From the NCBI GenBank assembly GCA_044892525.1, contig CM097888.1:89838001-89902000 (forward strand): a stretch of 64,000 nt of DNA, written 5' to 3'. The DNA comes from Schmidtea polychroa. Lineage: Eukaryota. The notes under the pieces were generated by a model. That model was not told where the DNA came from. It saw only the letters and a list, made by a program, of their open reading frames with translations, and ran no database searches. Made by a program: the position numbers and the translations under genes. Numbering within the stretch: the first letter of the stretch is position 1; every line of letters starts with the position of its first letter. This document shows positions 35,286 through 48,731 of this stretch, piece by piece.

Positions 35286-38200
35286 AAATAAATGCAGCAC
35301 CAAGTTGTTCACCCGCCAGTGGTGGTGAATGTCCAGTGGATGAGTGAGTGAATGTCCCGCCAGTGGATGAGGGAGTGAATGGCCGACCAGTGGATGAGGG
35401 AGTGAATGGCGGTCATCAACCACCAGCAGCACCAGGTGGTATTGAAGCGGTGCTGCAAGGTATTTTTTTTTATATATAATATTTTTAATAATTTTTTTAG
35501 TGCATCCTGTACAAGTTGTTCACCCGCCAGTGGATGAGGGAGTGAATGTCCCGCGAGGTGGATGAGGGAGTGAAATTAATTTTTTTAGTTCATCCTGTAC
35601 AAGTTCACTCGCCAGTGGTGGTGGCTGTCGGCCAGAAGCACCAGGTAGGAGCTTCTTGGTGTATTATACAGTGATAATGTGTTTACGCCTCAGACACATC
35701 ATAAGAATTTCTTTGTAATTAATCGCATCACACGCTTTATTTGTGCAAAACCATTTAACGTGTCCAATAACTTGAGATTGAGCCATGATTGAATTGGAAA
35801 CATTGGATAATTGTTCAACACTTTGGCTTGTAAACATTTGAATTGTGTTAATCCTTGTAAGAGCTCGATTAAATAGAATATCATATTCATAAGTTAGCAA
35901 GTTTATCTTTTTATCGCTAATTAAATCATTGATTTCCAATCGTTTTGATAAACTTTGAAAAATTGAATTAATGTAAATTAGAAATTTTGAAATATAAACG
36001 AATTCATAAAAATCTTGATTATCTATGACATTTACATTACTTCCATTAATAATTTCAACGATCTTGTTGAGTCATGGACGAGTTTCACTGCTGAAAAGAC
36101 ATCTCTTCGCTATATTGCTCATTGAAATACGACATATCAAACATTCATTATCTTCCATATTTCACTAAGGCCGAAAATTCAAAACTGAATTACCAAAATT
36201 ATAAATCATTTATAAATTACAAATCATTTTCAAAATCGATCGAATTTCAAAAACACAAAAAAATCTGACTCGATCAAAACTCAACTCATAATAATCACAA
36301 TTGTCCGCGTCTGTGTGCGCACACAAAAGACTCCAAAAACCAGTACAAAGCGCACACAGGCGCGAGAACCGATAATCAACTCACAAAAAACGGCACTAAT
36401 CGCGTCTGTGTGCGCACACAAACCCAATCTCAAATGTAAACAGAGAACGCACACAAACGCGACAAACTAGTAATTAACCATAATGAATATGTTCAAAAGA
36501 GCAACCATTGCTGATTTATAACCCATCATACTTAAAGCCCCATCAGTAGAAATTCCAGACAACAAATTAATATTTATTCTATTTTCATCAACTGAACTAC
36601 ATAGGGCTTCAAAAATGTGTCAATTCCTCTTGTGGTTCCCTTTAAACTTTCAAGTCATAAGAACATAAATAAGACATAAATAAGACATAAATCGCAGGAT
36701 TAATCGATATTAATATTATAATTATTTTAATTTTTAGCAATACAACAGCAAATGCAAGCAATGCAAATAATGGAAATAAATTGTATTAATTGCTGCAACC
36801 AGCCTGGGGGCATAGATTGTGAGATAGATCACTCCGCTTTGATTAATAAATTTCACTGTTAATAAAAGTTCACTGTCACATTTGCTCCAGGATTGAACGT
36901 GCCTCCGCGCCGGCGCGGCACATTAAAAGGAGTATATTTTATTTTAGATGAAAGGATTAATCGATTAATGGAAAATAATTGCATAAGTTGTTGCAATCAG
37001 CCTGGGGCAAACAATTGTCCCAATGACCATTGTCAATTGATTAAGTACATTGTCACATTTGCTCCAGGATTGTACGTGCCTCCAGGCTGGCGCGGCACAT
37101 TAAAAGGAGTAATTTATTTTTTTATTATATATATTTTATTTAATTTTTTTAGTGCATCATTCCCGCCAGGGGTGGTGCCTACCCCGACAAGTGAGCATAA
37201 CACGACAGGGGAGGATAACCCGACAGGGGAGGATAACCCGACAGGGGAGGATAACCCGACAGAGGAGCATAACCCGACAGGGGAGCATAACCCGACAGGG
37301 GAGGATAACCCGACAGGGGAGGATAACCCGACAGGGGAGGATAACCCGACAGGGGAGCTTAACCCGACAGGGGAGGATAACCCGACAGGGGAGGATAACC
37401 CGACAGGGGAAGATAACGAAAGGATTATTCGATTAATGGAAAATAATTGCATAAGTTGTTGCAATCAGCCTGGGGCAAACAATTAAAAGGAGTAATTTAT
37501 TTTTTTATTATATATAATATTTTAATTAATTTTTTTAGTGCATCGTGCCCCGCCAGGGGTGGTGCCTACCCCGACTGTAAAGATTTTATTGTTAAACCAA
37601 GTAAATTGGTCAACTAAACCCTGGATAATTAACAGAAAATTAAAAAGACATTACTCTAAAAGTAAACCATAAATTAATTTAATGCATTCATCACATCCTA
37701 ATATTAAATCCATTAAATCCTCATTAAATCCAACCGACTATATCCCCCTTAAAAATCATATATTCTACCTTAACCGATCACTCATTAAATCATACCGACT
37801 ATATCCCTTGAGGTTATATTCAATCCTCTTAAAATCCTTAGAGAATTCTTCAAAAATATGAATTTTCTTTAACTTACAGACACCATAATTAATAATTCAA
37901 ATGGGTGAAAACAAGCGGTAGAACTATTCATTAATGGATTATGGGAGGTAAATACTGAGAAGTGGCTTAGATAAGATGGAGATGTATTAATTGAATTTAT
38001 TTAAATTATTTCATAAAAATTATCACTTTAATGAAAGTATTTTAAAAAGAAATATTTTTGTGAGGAGGATATAAGTGAAAATAATTAGTTGAATATAAGT
38101 GATTAAATAATAATTAGTGGAATATAGAAAATCGGGGGAATATAAGTGAGAAGGATTTTCTATAAGCTTCGGCATTGTTTATCATCATGGATTTTGTTGT

Positions 38201-41200
38201 TTATCATTCATGGGCATTACATTCATGCTCTCATCCTATCATCAAAATATTAAAACAAATTTAGACAGAATTATTTGAATATGAGGAATGAGGAATGCTC
38301 CAATTCATTTCACAACAATAATTATTATATATTAACTTAATTTCAATGATAAAATAATATCAGAATCCAGCAAGTATTTAGCACATGCAATGACAACTGG
38401 GAGACTTTTGATGAGTTCATTTTTGATTTTTAGGTCATCCAGAAGTTATTCAACCAAAAGTTATTATTATCAGTGAACCACCAGCAGCAGCACCAGTTGG
38501 TATTGAAGCGCTGCTGCAACAACTGCGAGTTGAGATAGCAGGAGACCAACAACAAACGGTAGCTGCCCGTGAGCAGAGATAGCAGGAGACCAACAACAAA
38601 TGCGAGTTATAAATGAATTGCCAATGTCAGATGATCGAACAATTAAATCATGCAATAGCTGGAGGTTGCATTTGCCTGTTGCAACGAAGCAGGTCGCAAT
38701 AGATCAGGTGACAATAGCAGCTGCTCGAGAACATACATAATTCATAAATATCGCCAACTTATAAACTCCTCTGATTCATTAACCACCATAAAATATTTCT
38801 AATTTTCTATTATTATTATTAATATTAATATTAGTTGCTGCAACCAGCCTGGGGGGGGGGGGGGGCAACGACCAAGTGATAGAAGCAATTAAAAAATTCA
38901 ATAAATCTAAGGTACGTTGCCCCGCGTGCCAAAGGATTTTACGTACCTCCGGGCTGGAGTGGCACTTAAAAAAGAGTAATTTATTTTTTTTTATATAATA
39001 TTTTAATTAATTTTTTTAGGGCATCCTGTGAATGAGGTGATCCAGCCAGGGAGAGAGAACCAGGGAGAAGAAGGGAATGGCCCGCAGGTGGAAGAGCAAG
39101 GAAATGGCCCGCAGGTGGAAGAACAAGGGGGGCAACGACCAAGTGATAGAAGCAATTAAAAAATTCAATAAATCTAAGGTACGTTGCCCCGCGTGCCAAA
39201 GGATTTTACGTACCTCCGGGCTGGAGTGGCACTTAAAAAAGAGTAATTTATTTTTTTTTATATAATATTTTAATTAATTTTTTTAGGGCATCCTGTGAAT
39301 GAGGTGATCCAGCCAGGGAGAGAGAACCAGGGAGAAGAAGGGAATGGCCCGCAGGTGGAAGAGCAAGGGAATGGCCCGCAGGTGGAAGAGCAAGGGAATG
39401 GCCCGCAGGTGGAAGAACAAGGGAATGGCCCGCAGGTGCAAGAACAAGGGAATGGCGGTCTCCCATCAGGTGGTGGTATTGGTCAGCCACCAGCAGGTGG
39501 TATTGATCAGCCGCCAGTAGCACCAAGTGGTATTGAAGCGGCGCTACGAGGTATTTCTAAAATTTAAAAATATTATAATTATTATAATTTTTAGCTATAA
39601 ATGATAGGCTGAATATCATGGCAGCAGATATGGCACCTAGATTTGCAGGTAATTTATATTTATTATATAATATTTTAATTAATCTTTTCAGTGCATGCTG
39701 AGGTGGTCCCGCGAGGGGAGCATAACACGACAGGGGAGCATAACCCGACAGGGAGTGAATTACCAATGTGGAATGTTCGATCAAATTAACGAAGCAATCC
39801 AAAGAAATTGCATGAATTGCTGCCACCAGCCTGGTGTTGGACCTTGTCCAACAGGTCATCTGGAGATGATTAAAAAAATTAATCATTCCAAGGTGCATTG
39901 CACACAGTGCACCAGGATTGTACGTGCCTTCGGGCTGGCGCGGCACATTAAAAGGAGTAATTTATTTTTTTATTATATATATTTTATTTAATTTTTTTAG
40001 TGCATCATTCCCGCCAGGGGTGGTGCCTACCCCGACAAGTGAGCATAACACGACAGGGGAGGATAACCCGACAGGGGAGGATAACCCGACAGGGGAGGAT
40101 AACCCGACAGGGGAGGATAACCCGACAGAGGAGCATAACCCGACAGGGGAGCATAACCCGACAGGGGAGGATAACCCGACAGGGGAGCTTAACCCGACAG
40201 GGGAGGATAACCCGACAGGGGAGGATAACCCGACAGGGGAAGATAACGAAAGGATTATTCGATTAATGGAAAATAATTGCATAAGTTGTTGCAATCAGCC
40301 TGGGGCAAACAATTAAAAGGAGTAATTTATTTTTTTATTATATATAATATTTTAATTAATTTTTTTAGTGCATCGTGCCCCGCCAGGGGTGGTGCCTACC
40401 CCGACTGTAAAGATTTTATTGTTAAACCAAGTAAATTGGTCAACTAAACCCTGGATAATTAACAGAAAATTAAAAAGACATTACTCTAAAAGTAAACCAT
40501 AAATTAATTTAATGCATTCATCACAACCTAATATTAAATCCATTAAATCCTCATTAAATCCAACCGACTATATCCCCCTTAAAAATCATATATTCTACCT
40601 TAACCGATCACTCATTAAATCATACCGACTATATCCCTTGAGGTTATATTCAATCCTCTTAAAATCCTTAGAGAATTCTTCAAAAATATGAATTTTCTTT
40701 AACTTACAGACACCATAATTAATAATTCAAATGGGTAAAAATAAGCGGTAGAACTATTCATTAATGGATTATGGGAGGTAAATACTGAGAAGTGGCTTAG
40801 ATAAGATGGAGATGTATTAATTGAATTTATTTAAATTATTTCATAAAAATTATCACTTTAATGAAAGTATTTTAAAAAGAAATATTTTTGTGAGGAGGAT
40901 ATAAGTGAAAATAATTAGTTGAATATAAGTGATTAAATAATAATTAGTGGAATATAGAAAATCGGGGGAATATAAGTGAGAAGGATTTTCTATAAGCTTC
41001 GGCATTGTTTATCATCATGGATTTTGTTGTTTATCATTCATGGGCATTACATTCATGCTCTCATCCTATCATCAAAATATTAAAACAAATTTAGACAGAA
41101 TTATTTGAATATGAGGAATGAGGAATGCTCCAATTCATTTCACAACAATAATTATTATATATTAACTTAATTTCAATGATAAAATAATATCAGAATCCAG

Positions 41201-42569
41201 CAAGTATTTAGCACATGCAATGACAACTGGGAGACTTTTGATGAGTTCATTTTTGATTTTTAGGTCATCCAGAAGTTATTCAACCAAAAGTTATTATTAT
41301 CAGTGAACCACCAGCAGCAGCACCAGTTGGTATTGAAGCGCTGCTGCAACAACTGCGAGTTGAGATAGCAGGAGACCAACAACAAACGGTAGCTGCCCGT
41401 GAGCAGAGATAGCAGGAGACCAACAACAAATGCGAGTTATAAATGAATTGCCAATGTCAGATGATCGAACAATTAAATCATGCAATAGCTGGAGGTTGCA
41501 TTTGCCTGTTGCAACGAAGCAGGTCGCAATAGATCAGGTGACAATAGCAGCTGCTCGAGAACATACATAATTCATAAATATCGCCAACTTATAAACTCCT
41601 CTGATTCATTAACCGCCATAAAATATTTCTAATTTTCTATTATTATTATTAATATTAATATTAGTTGCTGCAACCAGCCTGGGGGGGGGGCAACGACCAA
41701 GTGATAGAAGCAATTAAAAAATTCAATAAATCTAAGGTACGTTGCCCCGCGTGCCAAAGGATTTTACGTACCTCCGGGCTGGAGTGGCACTTAAAAAAGA
41801 GTAATTTATTTTTTTTTATATAATATTTTAATTAATTTTTTTAGGGCATCCTGTGAATGAGGTGATCCAGCCAGGGAGAGAGAACCAGGGAGAAGAAGGG
41901 AATGGCCCGCAGGTGGAAGAGCAAGGAAATGGCCCGCAGGTGGAAGAACAAGGGGGGCAACGACCAAGTGATAGAAGCAATTAAAAAATTCAATAAATCT
42001 AAGGTACGTTGCCCCGCGTGCCAAAGGATTTTACGTACCTCCGGGCTGGAGTGGCACTTAAAAAAGAGTAATTTATTTTTTTTTATATAATATTTTAATT
42101 AATTTTTTTAGGGCATCCTGTGAATGAGGTGATCCACCCAGGGAGAGAGAACCAGGGAGAAGAAGTAATGGCCCGCAGGTGGAAGAGCAAGGGAATGGCC
42201 CGCAGGTGGAAGAACAAGGGAATGGCCCGCAGGTGCAAGAACAAGGGAATGGCGGTCTCCCATCAGGTGGTGGTATTGGTCAGCCACCAGCAGGTGGTAT
42301 TGATCAGCCGCCAGTAGCACCAAGTGGTATTGAAGCGGCGCTACGAGGTATTTCTAAAATTTAAAAATATTATAATTATTATAATTTTTAGCTATAAATG
42401 ATAGGCTGAATATCATGGCAGCAGATATGGCACCTAGATTTGCAGGTAATTTATATTTATTATATAATATTTTAATTAATCTTTTCAGTGCATGCTGAGG
42501 TGGTCCCGCGAGGGGAGCATAACACGACAGGGGAGCATAACCCGACAGGGAGTGAATTACCAATGTGGA

Positions 42570-43492
42570 ATGTTCGATCAAATTAACGAAGCAATCCAAA
42601 GAAATTGCATGAATTGCTGCCACCAGCCTGGTGTTGGACCTTGTCCAACAGGTCATCTGGAGATGATTAAAAAAATTAATCATTCCAAGGTGCATTGCAC
42701 ACAGTGCACCAGGATTGTACGTGCCTCCGGGCTGGCGCGGCACATTAAAAGGAGTAATTTATTTTTTTATTATATATATTTTATTTAATTTTTTTTGTGC
42801 ATGTTGAGGTGATCCCGCCAGGGCCGACAGATAACCAGAGAGAAGATCAAGTAGAGATTGTAGCGAATGACCCGCTAGTGGATGAAGAAGTGAATGGCGG
42901 TCCCCTAGCAGGAGGTGGTATATATACTTTATAAATATTATAATTATTTTAATTTTTAGGAATGCAAAATCAAATTAATGAAATGGAGCAAAATGTGGGA
43001 CAACAAATAGTTCAACAAATAGCAGCTGCCCAGCAACAAATAGGTCAACAAATGGCTGCCCTGCGAGCAGATATTGCAGCAGATATGGCACCTAGATTTG
43101 CAGGTAATTTATATTTATTATATAATATTTTAATTAATCTTTTCAGTGCATGCTGAGGTGGTCCCGCGAGGGGAGCATAACACGACAGGGGAGCTTAACC
43201 CGACAGGGGAGCATAACCCGACAGGGGAGCATAACCCGACAGGGGAGCATAACACGACAGGGGAGCATAACCTTGCGGTGCTGCAAGGTATTTATAAAAT
43301 TTATAAATATTATAATTATTTTAATTTTTAGCTATTCAACAAATGAAAGGCAGGCTGGATGGCATGGCAGCTGCCCAAAATGGCATGGCAGCTGCCCAAA
43401 ATGGCATGGCAGCTGCCATAAACGAAATAAATGGAAGACTTGATGCTCTTGAGGCGAGTGTCGGTGCACTGGATAATTGTTTTCGAAATTGA
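42570..43492 (+). CDS. Spliced model join(42570-42753,42798-42917,42960-43103,43147-43287,43332-43492), 249 aa: Zn module, acidic linker, Q-rich coiled coil, (EHNPTG)n, heptad (GMAAAQN)n coiled coil
   Basis: Four phase-1 introns (44, 42, 43 and 44 nt) keep the frame open to TGA at 43490. The first acceptor is TG rather than AG (42796-42797), so this copy may be broken or miscalled. Confidence 0.55.
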
Positions 43493-44426
43493 AAGGGGAG
43501 CATAAGCCGACAGGGGAGCATAACCCGACAGGGGAGCATAACACGACAGGGGAGCATAACCCGACAGGGGAGCATAACCCGACAGGGGAGCATAACCCGA
43601 CAGGGGAGGATAACCAGACAGGGGAAGATAACGAAAGGATTATTCGATATTAATATTATAATTATTTTAATTTTTAGCAATACAACAGCAAATGCAAGCA
43701 ATGCAAATAATAGAAATAAATTGTATTAATTGCTGCAACCAGCCTGGGGGCATAGATTGTGAGATAGATCACTCCGCTTTAATTAATAATTTTTCACTGT
43801 TAATAAAAGTTCACTGTCACATTTGCTCCAGGATTGTACGTGCCTCCGGGCTGGCGCGGCACATTAAAAGGAGTATATTTTATTTTAGATAAAAGGATTA
43901 TTCGATTAATGGAAAATAATTGCATAAGTTGTTGCAATCAGCCTGGGGCAAACAATTGTCCCAATGACCATTGTCAATTGATTAATCAATTTAATCAATC
44001 TAAAGTACATTGTCACATTTGCTCCAGGATTGTACGTGCCTCCGGCCTGGCGCGGCACATTAAAAGGAGTAATTTATTTTTTTATTATATATATTTTAAT
44101 TAATTTTTTTAGTGCATCGTTCCCGCCAGGGGTGGTGCCTACCCTGACAAGTGAGCATAACCCGACAGGGGAGGATAACCCGACAGGGGAAGATAACGAA
44201 AGGATTAATCGATATTAATATTATAATTATTTTAATTTTTAGCAATACAACAGCAAATGCAAGCAATGCAAGCAATGCAAATAATGGAAATAAATTGTAT
44301 TAGTTGCTGCAACCAGCCTGGGGTGGGCAACTGCCAAGAAAATCACAGCGAGGTGATTAAAAAATTTAACCAGTCAAAAGTAACAATAAATATTTTTAAA
44401 AATATTAAAATTTGTTTTTATTTTAG

Positions 44427-44938
44427 ATGAATTGCAATTGCCAAATGTCAGCTCAAATTAATGAAGCAATCGAAAGCAATTGCTTGATTTGCTGTCACGA
44501 ACCTGCTGTTGGACCGTGTCAAACAGATCATCTTGGGATGATCAAAAAAATTAATCATTCCAAGGTGCATTGCACACAGTGCACCAGGATTGTACGTGCC
44601 TCCGGGCTGGCGCGGCACATTAAAAGGAGTAATTTATTTTTTTATTATATATATTTTATTTAATTTTTTTAGTGCATCATTCCCGCCAGGGGTGGTGCCT
44701 ACCCCGACAAGTGAGCATAACACGACAGGGGAGGATAACCCGACAGGGGAGGATAACCCGACAGGGGAGGATAACCCGACAGGGGAGGATAACCCGACAG
44801 AGGAGCATAACCCGACAGGGGAGCATAACCCGACAGGGGAGGATAACCCGACAGGGGAGCTTAACCCGACAGGGGAGGATAACCCGACAGGGGAGGATAA
44901 CCCGACAGGGGAAGATAACGAAAGGATTATTCGATTAA
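44427..44938 (+). CDS. Spliced model join(44427-44628,44673-44938), 155 aa: Zn module followed by a basic (ITRQGR/S)n tail
   Basis: ATG directly after a TTTTAG acceptor; canonical 44-nt GT-AG intron; splicing completes the C2H2 finger (HIKR-M-H). Confidence 0.5.
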
Positions 44939-47812
44939 TGGAAAATAATTGCATAAGTTGTTGCAATCAGCCTGGGGCAAACAATTAAAAGGAGTAATTT
45001 ATTTTTTTATTATATATAATATTTTAATTAATTTTTTTAGTGCATCGTGCCCCGCCAGGGGTGGTGCCTACCCCGACTGTAAAGATTTTATTGTTAAACC
45101 AAGTAAATTGGTCAACTAAACCCTGGATAATTAACAGAAAATTAAAAAGACATTACTCTAAAAGTAAACCATAAATTAATTTAATGCATTCATCACAACC
45201 TAATATTAAATCCATTAAATCCTCATTAAATCCAACCGACTATATCCCCCTTAAAAATCATATATTCTACCTTAACCGATCACTCATTAAATCATACCGA
45301 CTATATCCCTTGAGGTTATATTCAATCCTCTTAAAATCCTTAGAGAATTCTTCAAAAATATGAATTTTCTTTAACTTAGACACCATAATTAATAATTCAA
45401 ATGGGTAAAAATAAGCGGTAGAACTATTCATTAATGGATTATGGGAGGTAAATACTGAGAAGTGGCTTAGATAAGATGGAGATGTATTAATTGAATTTAT
45501 TTAAATTATTTCATAAAAATTATCACTTTAATGAAAGTATTTTAAAAAGAAATATTTTTGTGAGGAGGATATAAGTGAAAATAATTAGTTGAATATAAGT
45601 GATTAAATAATAATTAGTGGAATATAGAAAATCGGGGGAATATAAGTGAGAAGGATTTTCTATAAGCTTCGGCATTGTTTATCATCATGGATTTTGTTGT
45701 TTATCATTCATGGGCATTACATTCATGCTCTCATCCTATCATCAAAATATTAAAACAAATTTAGACAGAATTATTTGAATATGAGGAATGAGGAATGCTC
45801 CAATTCATTTCACAACAATAATTATTATATATTAACTTAATTTCAATGATAAAATAATATCAGAATCCAGCAAGTATTTAGCACATGCAATGACAACTGG
45901 GAGACTTTTGATGAGTTCATTTTTGATTTTTAGGTCATCCAGAAGTTATTCAACCAAAAGTTATTATTATCAGTGAACCACCAGCAGCAGCACCAGTTGG
46001 TATTGAAGCGCTGCTGCAACAACTGCGAGTTGAGATAGCAGGAGACCAACAACAAACGGTAGCTGCCCGTGAGCAGAGATAGCAGGAGACCAACAACAAA
46101 TGCGAGTTATAAATGAATTGCCAATGTCAGATGATCGAACAATTAAATCATGCAATAGCTGGAGGTTGCATTTGCCTGTTGCAACGAAGCAGGTCGCAAT
46201 AGATCAGGTGACAATAGCAGCTGCTCGAGAACATACATAATTCATAAATATCGCCAACTTATAAACTCCTCTGATTCATTAACCACCATAAAATATTTCT
46301 AATTTTCTATTATTATTATTAATATTAATATTAGTTGCTGCAACCAGCCTGGGGGGGGGGGGGCAACGACCAAGTGATAGAAGCAATTAAAAAATTCAAT
46401 AAATCTAAGGTACGTTGCCCCGCGTGCCAAAGGATTTTACGTACCTCCGGGCTGGAGTGGCACTTAAAAAAGAGTAATTTATTTTTTTTTATATAATATT
46501 TTAATTAATTTTTTTAGGGCATCCTGTGAATGAGGTGATCTAGCCAGGGAGAGAGAACCAGGGAGAAGAAGGGAATGGCCCGCAGGTGGAAGAGCAAGGA
46601 AATGGCCCGCAGGTGGAAGAACAAGGGGGGCAACGACCAAGTGATAGAAGCAATTAAAAAATTCAATAAATCTAAGGTACGTTGCCCCGCGTGCCAAAGG
46701 ATTTTACGTACCTCCGGGCTGGAGTGGCACTTAAAAAAGAGTAATTTATTTTTTTTTATATAATATTTTAATTAATTTTTTTAGGGCATCCTGTGAATGA
46801 GGTGATCCAGCCAGGGAGAGAGAACCAGGGAGAAGAAGGGAATGGCCCGCAGGTGGAAGAGCAAGGGAATGGCCCGCAGGTGGAAGAGCAAGGGAATGGC
46901 CCGCAGGTGGAAGAACAAGGGAATGGCCCGCAGGTGCAAGAACAAGGGAATGGCGGTCTCCCATCAGGTGGTGGTATTGGTCAGCCACCAGCAGGTGGTA
47001 TTGATCAGCCGCCAGTAGCACCAAGTGGTATTGAAGCGGCGCTACGAGGTATTTCTAAAATTTAAAAATATTATAATTATTATAATTTTTAGCTATAAAT
47101 GATAGGCTGAATATCATGGCAGCAGATATGGCACCTAGATTTGCAGGTAATTTATATTTATTATATAATATTTTAATTAATCTTTTCAGTGCATGCTGAG
47201 GTGGTCCCGCGAGGGGAGCATAACACGACAGGGGAGCATAACCCGACAGGGAGTGAATTACCAATGTGGAATGTTCGATCAAATTAACGAAGCAATCCAA
47301 AGAAATTGCATGAATTGCTGCCACCAGCCTGGTGTTGGACCTTGTCCAACAGGTCATCTGGAGATGATTAAAAAAATTAATCATTCCAAGGTGCATTGCA
47401 CACAGTGCACCAGGATTGTACGTGCCTCCGGGCTGGCGCGGCACATTAAAAGGAGTAATTTATTTTTTTATTATATATATTTTATTTAATTTTTTTAGTG
47501 CATCATTCCCGCCAGGGGTGGTGCCTACCCCGACAAGTGAGCATAACCCGACAGGGGAGGATAACCCGACAGGGGAAGATAACGAAAGGATTAATCGATA
47601 TTAATATTATAATTATTTTAATTTTTAGCAATACAACAGCAAATGCAAGCAATGCAAGCAATGCAAATAATGGAAATAAATTGTATTAGTTGCTGCAACC
47701 AGCCTGGGGTGGGCAACTGCCAAGAAAATCACAGCGAGGTGATTAAAAAATTTAACCAGTCAAAAGTAACAATAAATATTTTTAAAAATATTAAAATTTG
47801 TTTTTATTTTAG

Positions 47813-48541
47813 ATGAATTGCAATTGCCAAATGTCAGCTCAAATTAATGAAGCAATCGAAAGCAATTGCTTGATTTGCTGTCACGAACCTGCTGTTGGAC
47901 CGTGTCAAACAGATCATCTTGGGATGATCAAAAAATTTAATCACTCTAAGGTGCACTGCACACAGTGCAATAGTATTTTACGTGCCTCCGGGCTGGAGCG
48001 GCACATCATTTTAATTCGTGACAGCATTTTAATTAATTTTTTTAGTGCATCGTTCCCGCCAGGGGTGGTGCCTACCCCGACAAGTGAGCATAACCCGACA
48101 GGGGAGGATAACACGACAGGGGAGCATAACACGACAGGGGAGCATAACCCGACAGGGGAGCATAACCCGACAGGGGAGCATAACCCGACAGGGGAGCATA
48201 ACCCGACAGGGGAGCATAACCCGACAGGGGAGCATAACCCGACAGGGGAGCATAACCCGACAGGGGAGCATAACCCGACAGGGGAGCATAACCCGACAGG
48301 GGAGCATAACCCGACAGGGGAGCATAACCCGACAGGGGAGCATAACCCGACAGGGGAGCATAACCCGACAGGGGAGCATAACCCGAGAGGGGAGCATAAC
48401 CCGAGAGGGGAGCATAACCCGAGAGGGGAGCATAACCCGAGAGGGGAGCATATCATTAAATGGATAAGTCAAAACATTCCATTTCAAAAGGTTTTTGGGT
48501 TACTTTCACTCTCATTGTTATTAGTTCAACAACGTCATTAA
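47813..48541 (+). CDS. Unspliced 242-aa ORF: Zn module, exonised former intron, 20 x (EHNPTG)
   Basis: The donor is lost after ERHI; the former intron reads through as ILIRDSILINFFS, in frame with the 18-bp repeats (48086-48450). Confidence 0.45.
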   Translation: MNCNCQMSAQINEAIESNCLICCHEPAVGPCQTDHLGMIKKFNHSKVHCTQCNSILRASGLERHIILIRDSILINFFSASFPPGVVPTPTSEHNPTGEDNTTGEHNTTGEHNPTGEHNPTGEHNPTGEHNPTGEHNPTGEHNPTGEHNPTGEHNPTGEHNPTGEHNPTGEHNPTGEHNPTGEHNPTGEHNPRGEHNPRGEHNPRGEHNPRGEHIIKWISQNIPFQKVFGLLSLSLLLVQQRH

Positions 48542-48731
48542 ATAAGAGTTTTTCAAGATCGTCTAAGGAAGTATTTCTATTACCACCTTTAATTCTTTCC
48601 ATAGAATTAGATTGGTAACATTTGCCATCTTTCATGTATTTAACAACTTATTACAATATTTAAAATAGTTATATTAAAATATTAAAAATAACAATAAATA
48701 TTTTTAAAAATAATATTTGTTTTTATTTTAG

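Noticed and set aside
35664-35939. Cold-shock-domain-like VIGHVKWF
   Set aside because: The following RNP1/RNP2 motifs (KGFGFI, DVFVH) are absent, so the evidence is too thin.
37193-48450. Repeat tracts as a CRISPR array
   Set aside because: Units are contiguous with no unique spacers, there are no cas genes, and the context is eukaryotic with introns.
37114-48487. Minus-strand ORFs (SSPVGL)n, (MLPCRV)n and LALPPAGHS repeats
   Set aside because: They are shadows of stop-free minisatellites; splice signals and the zinc module are all on the plus strand.
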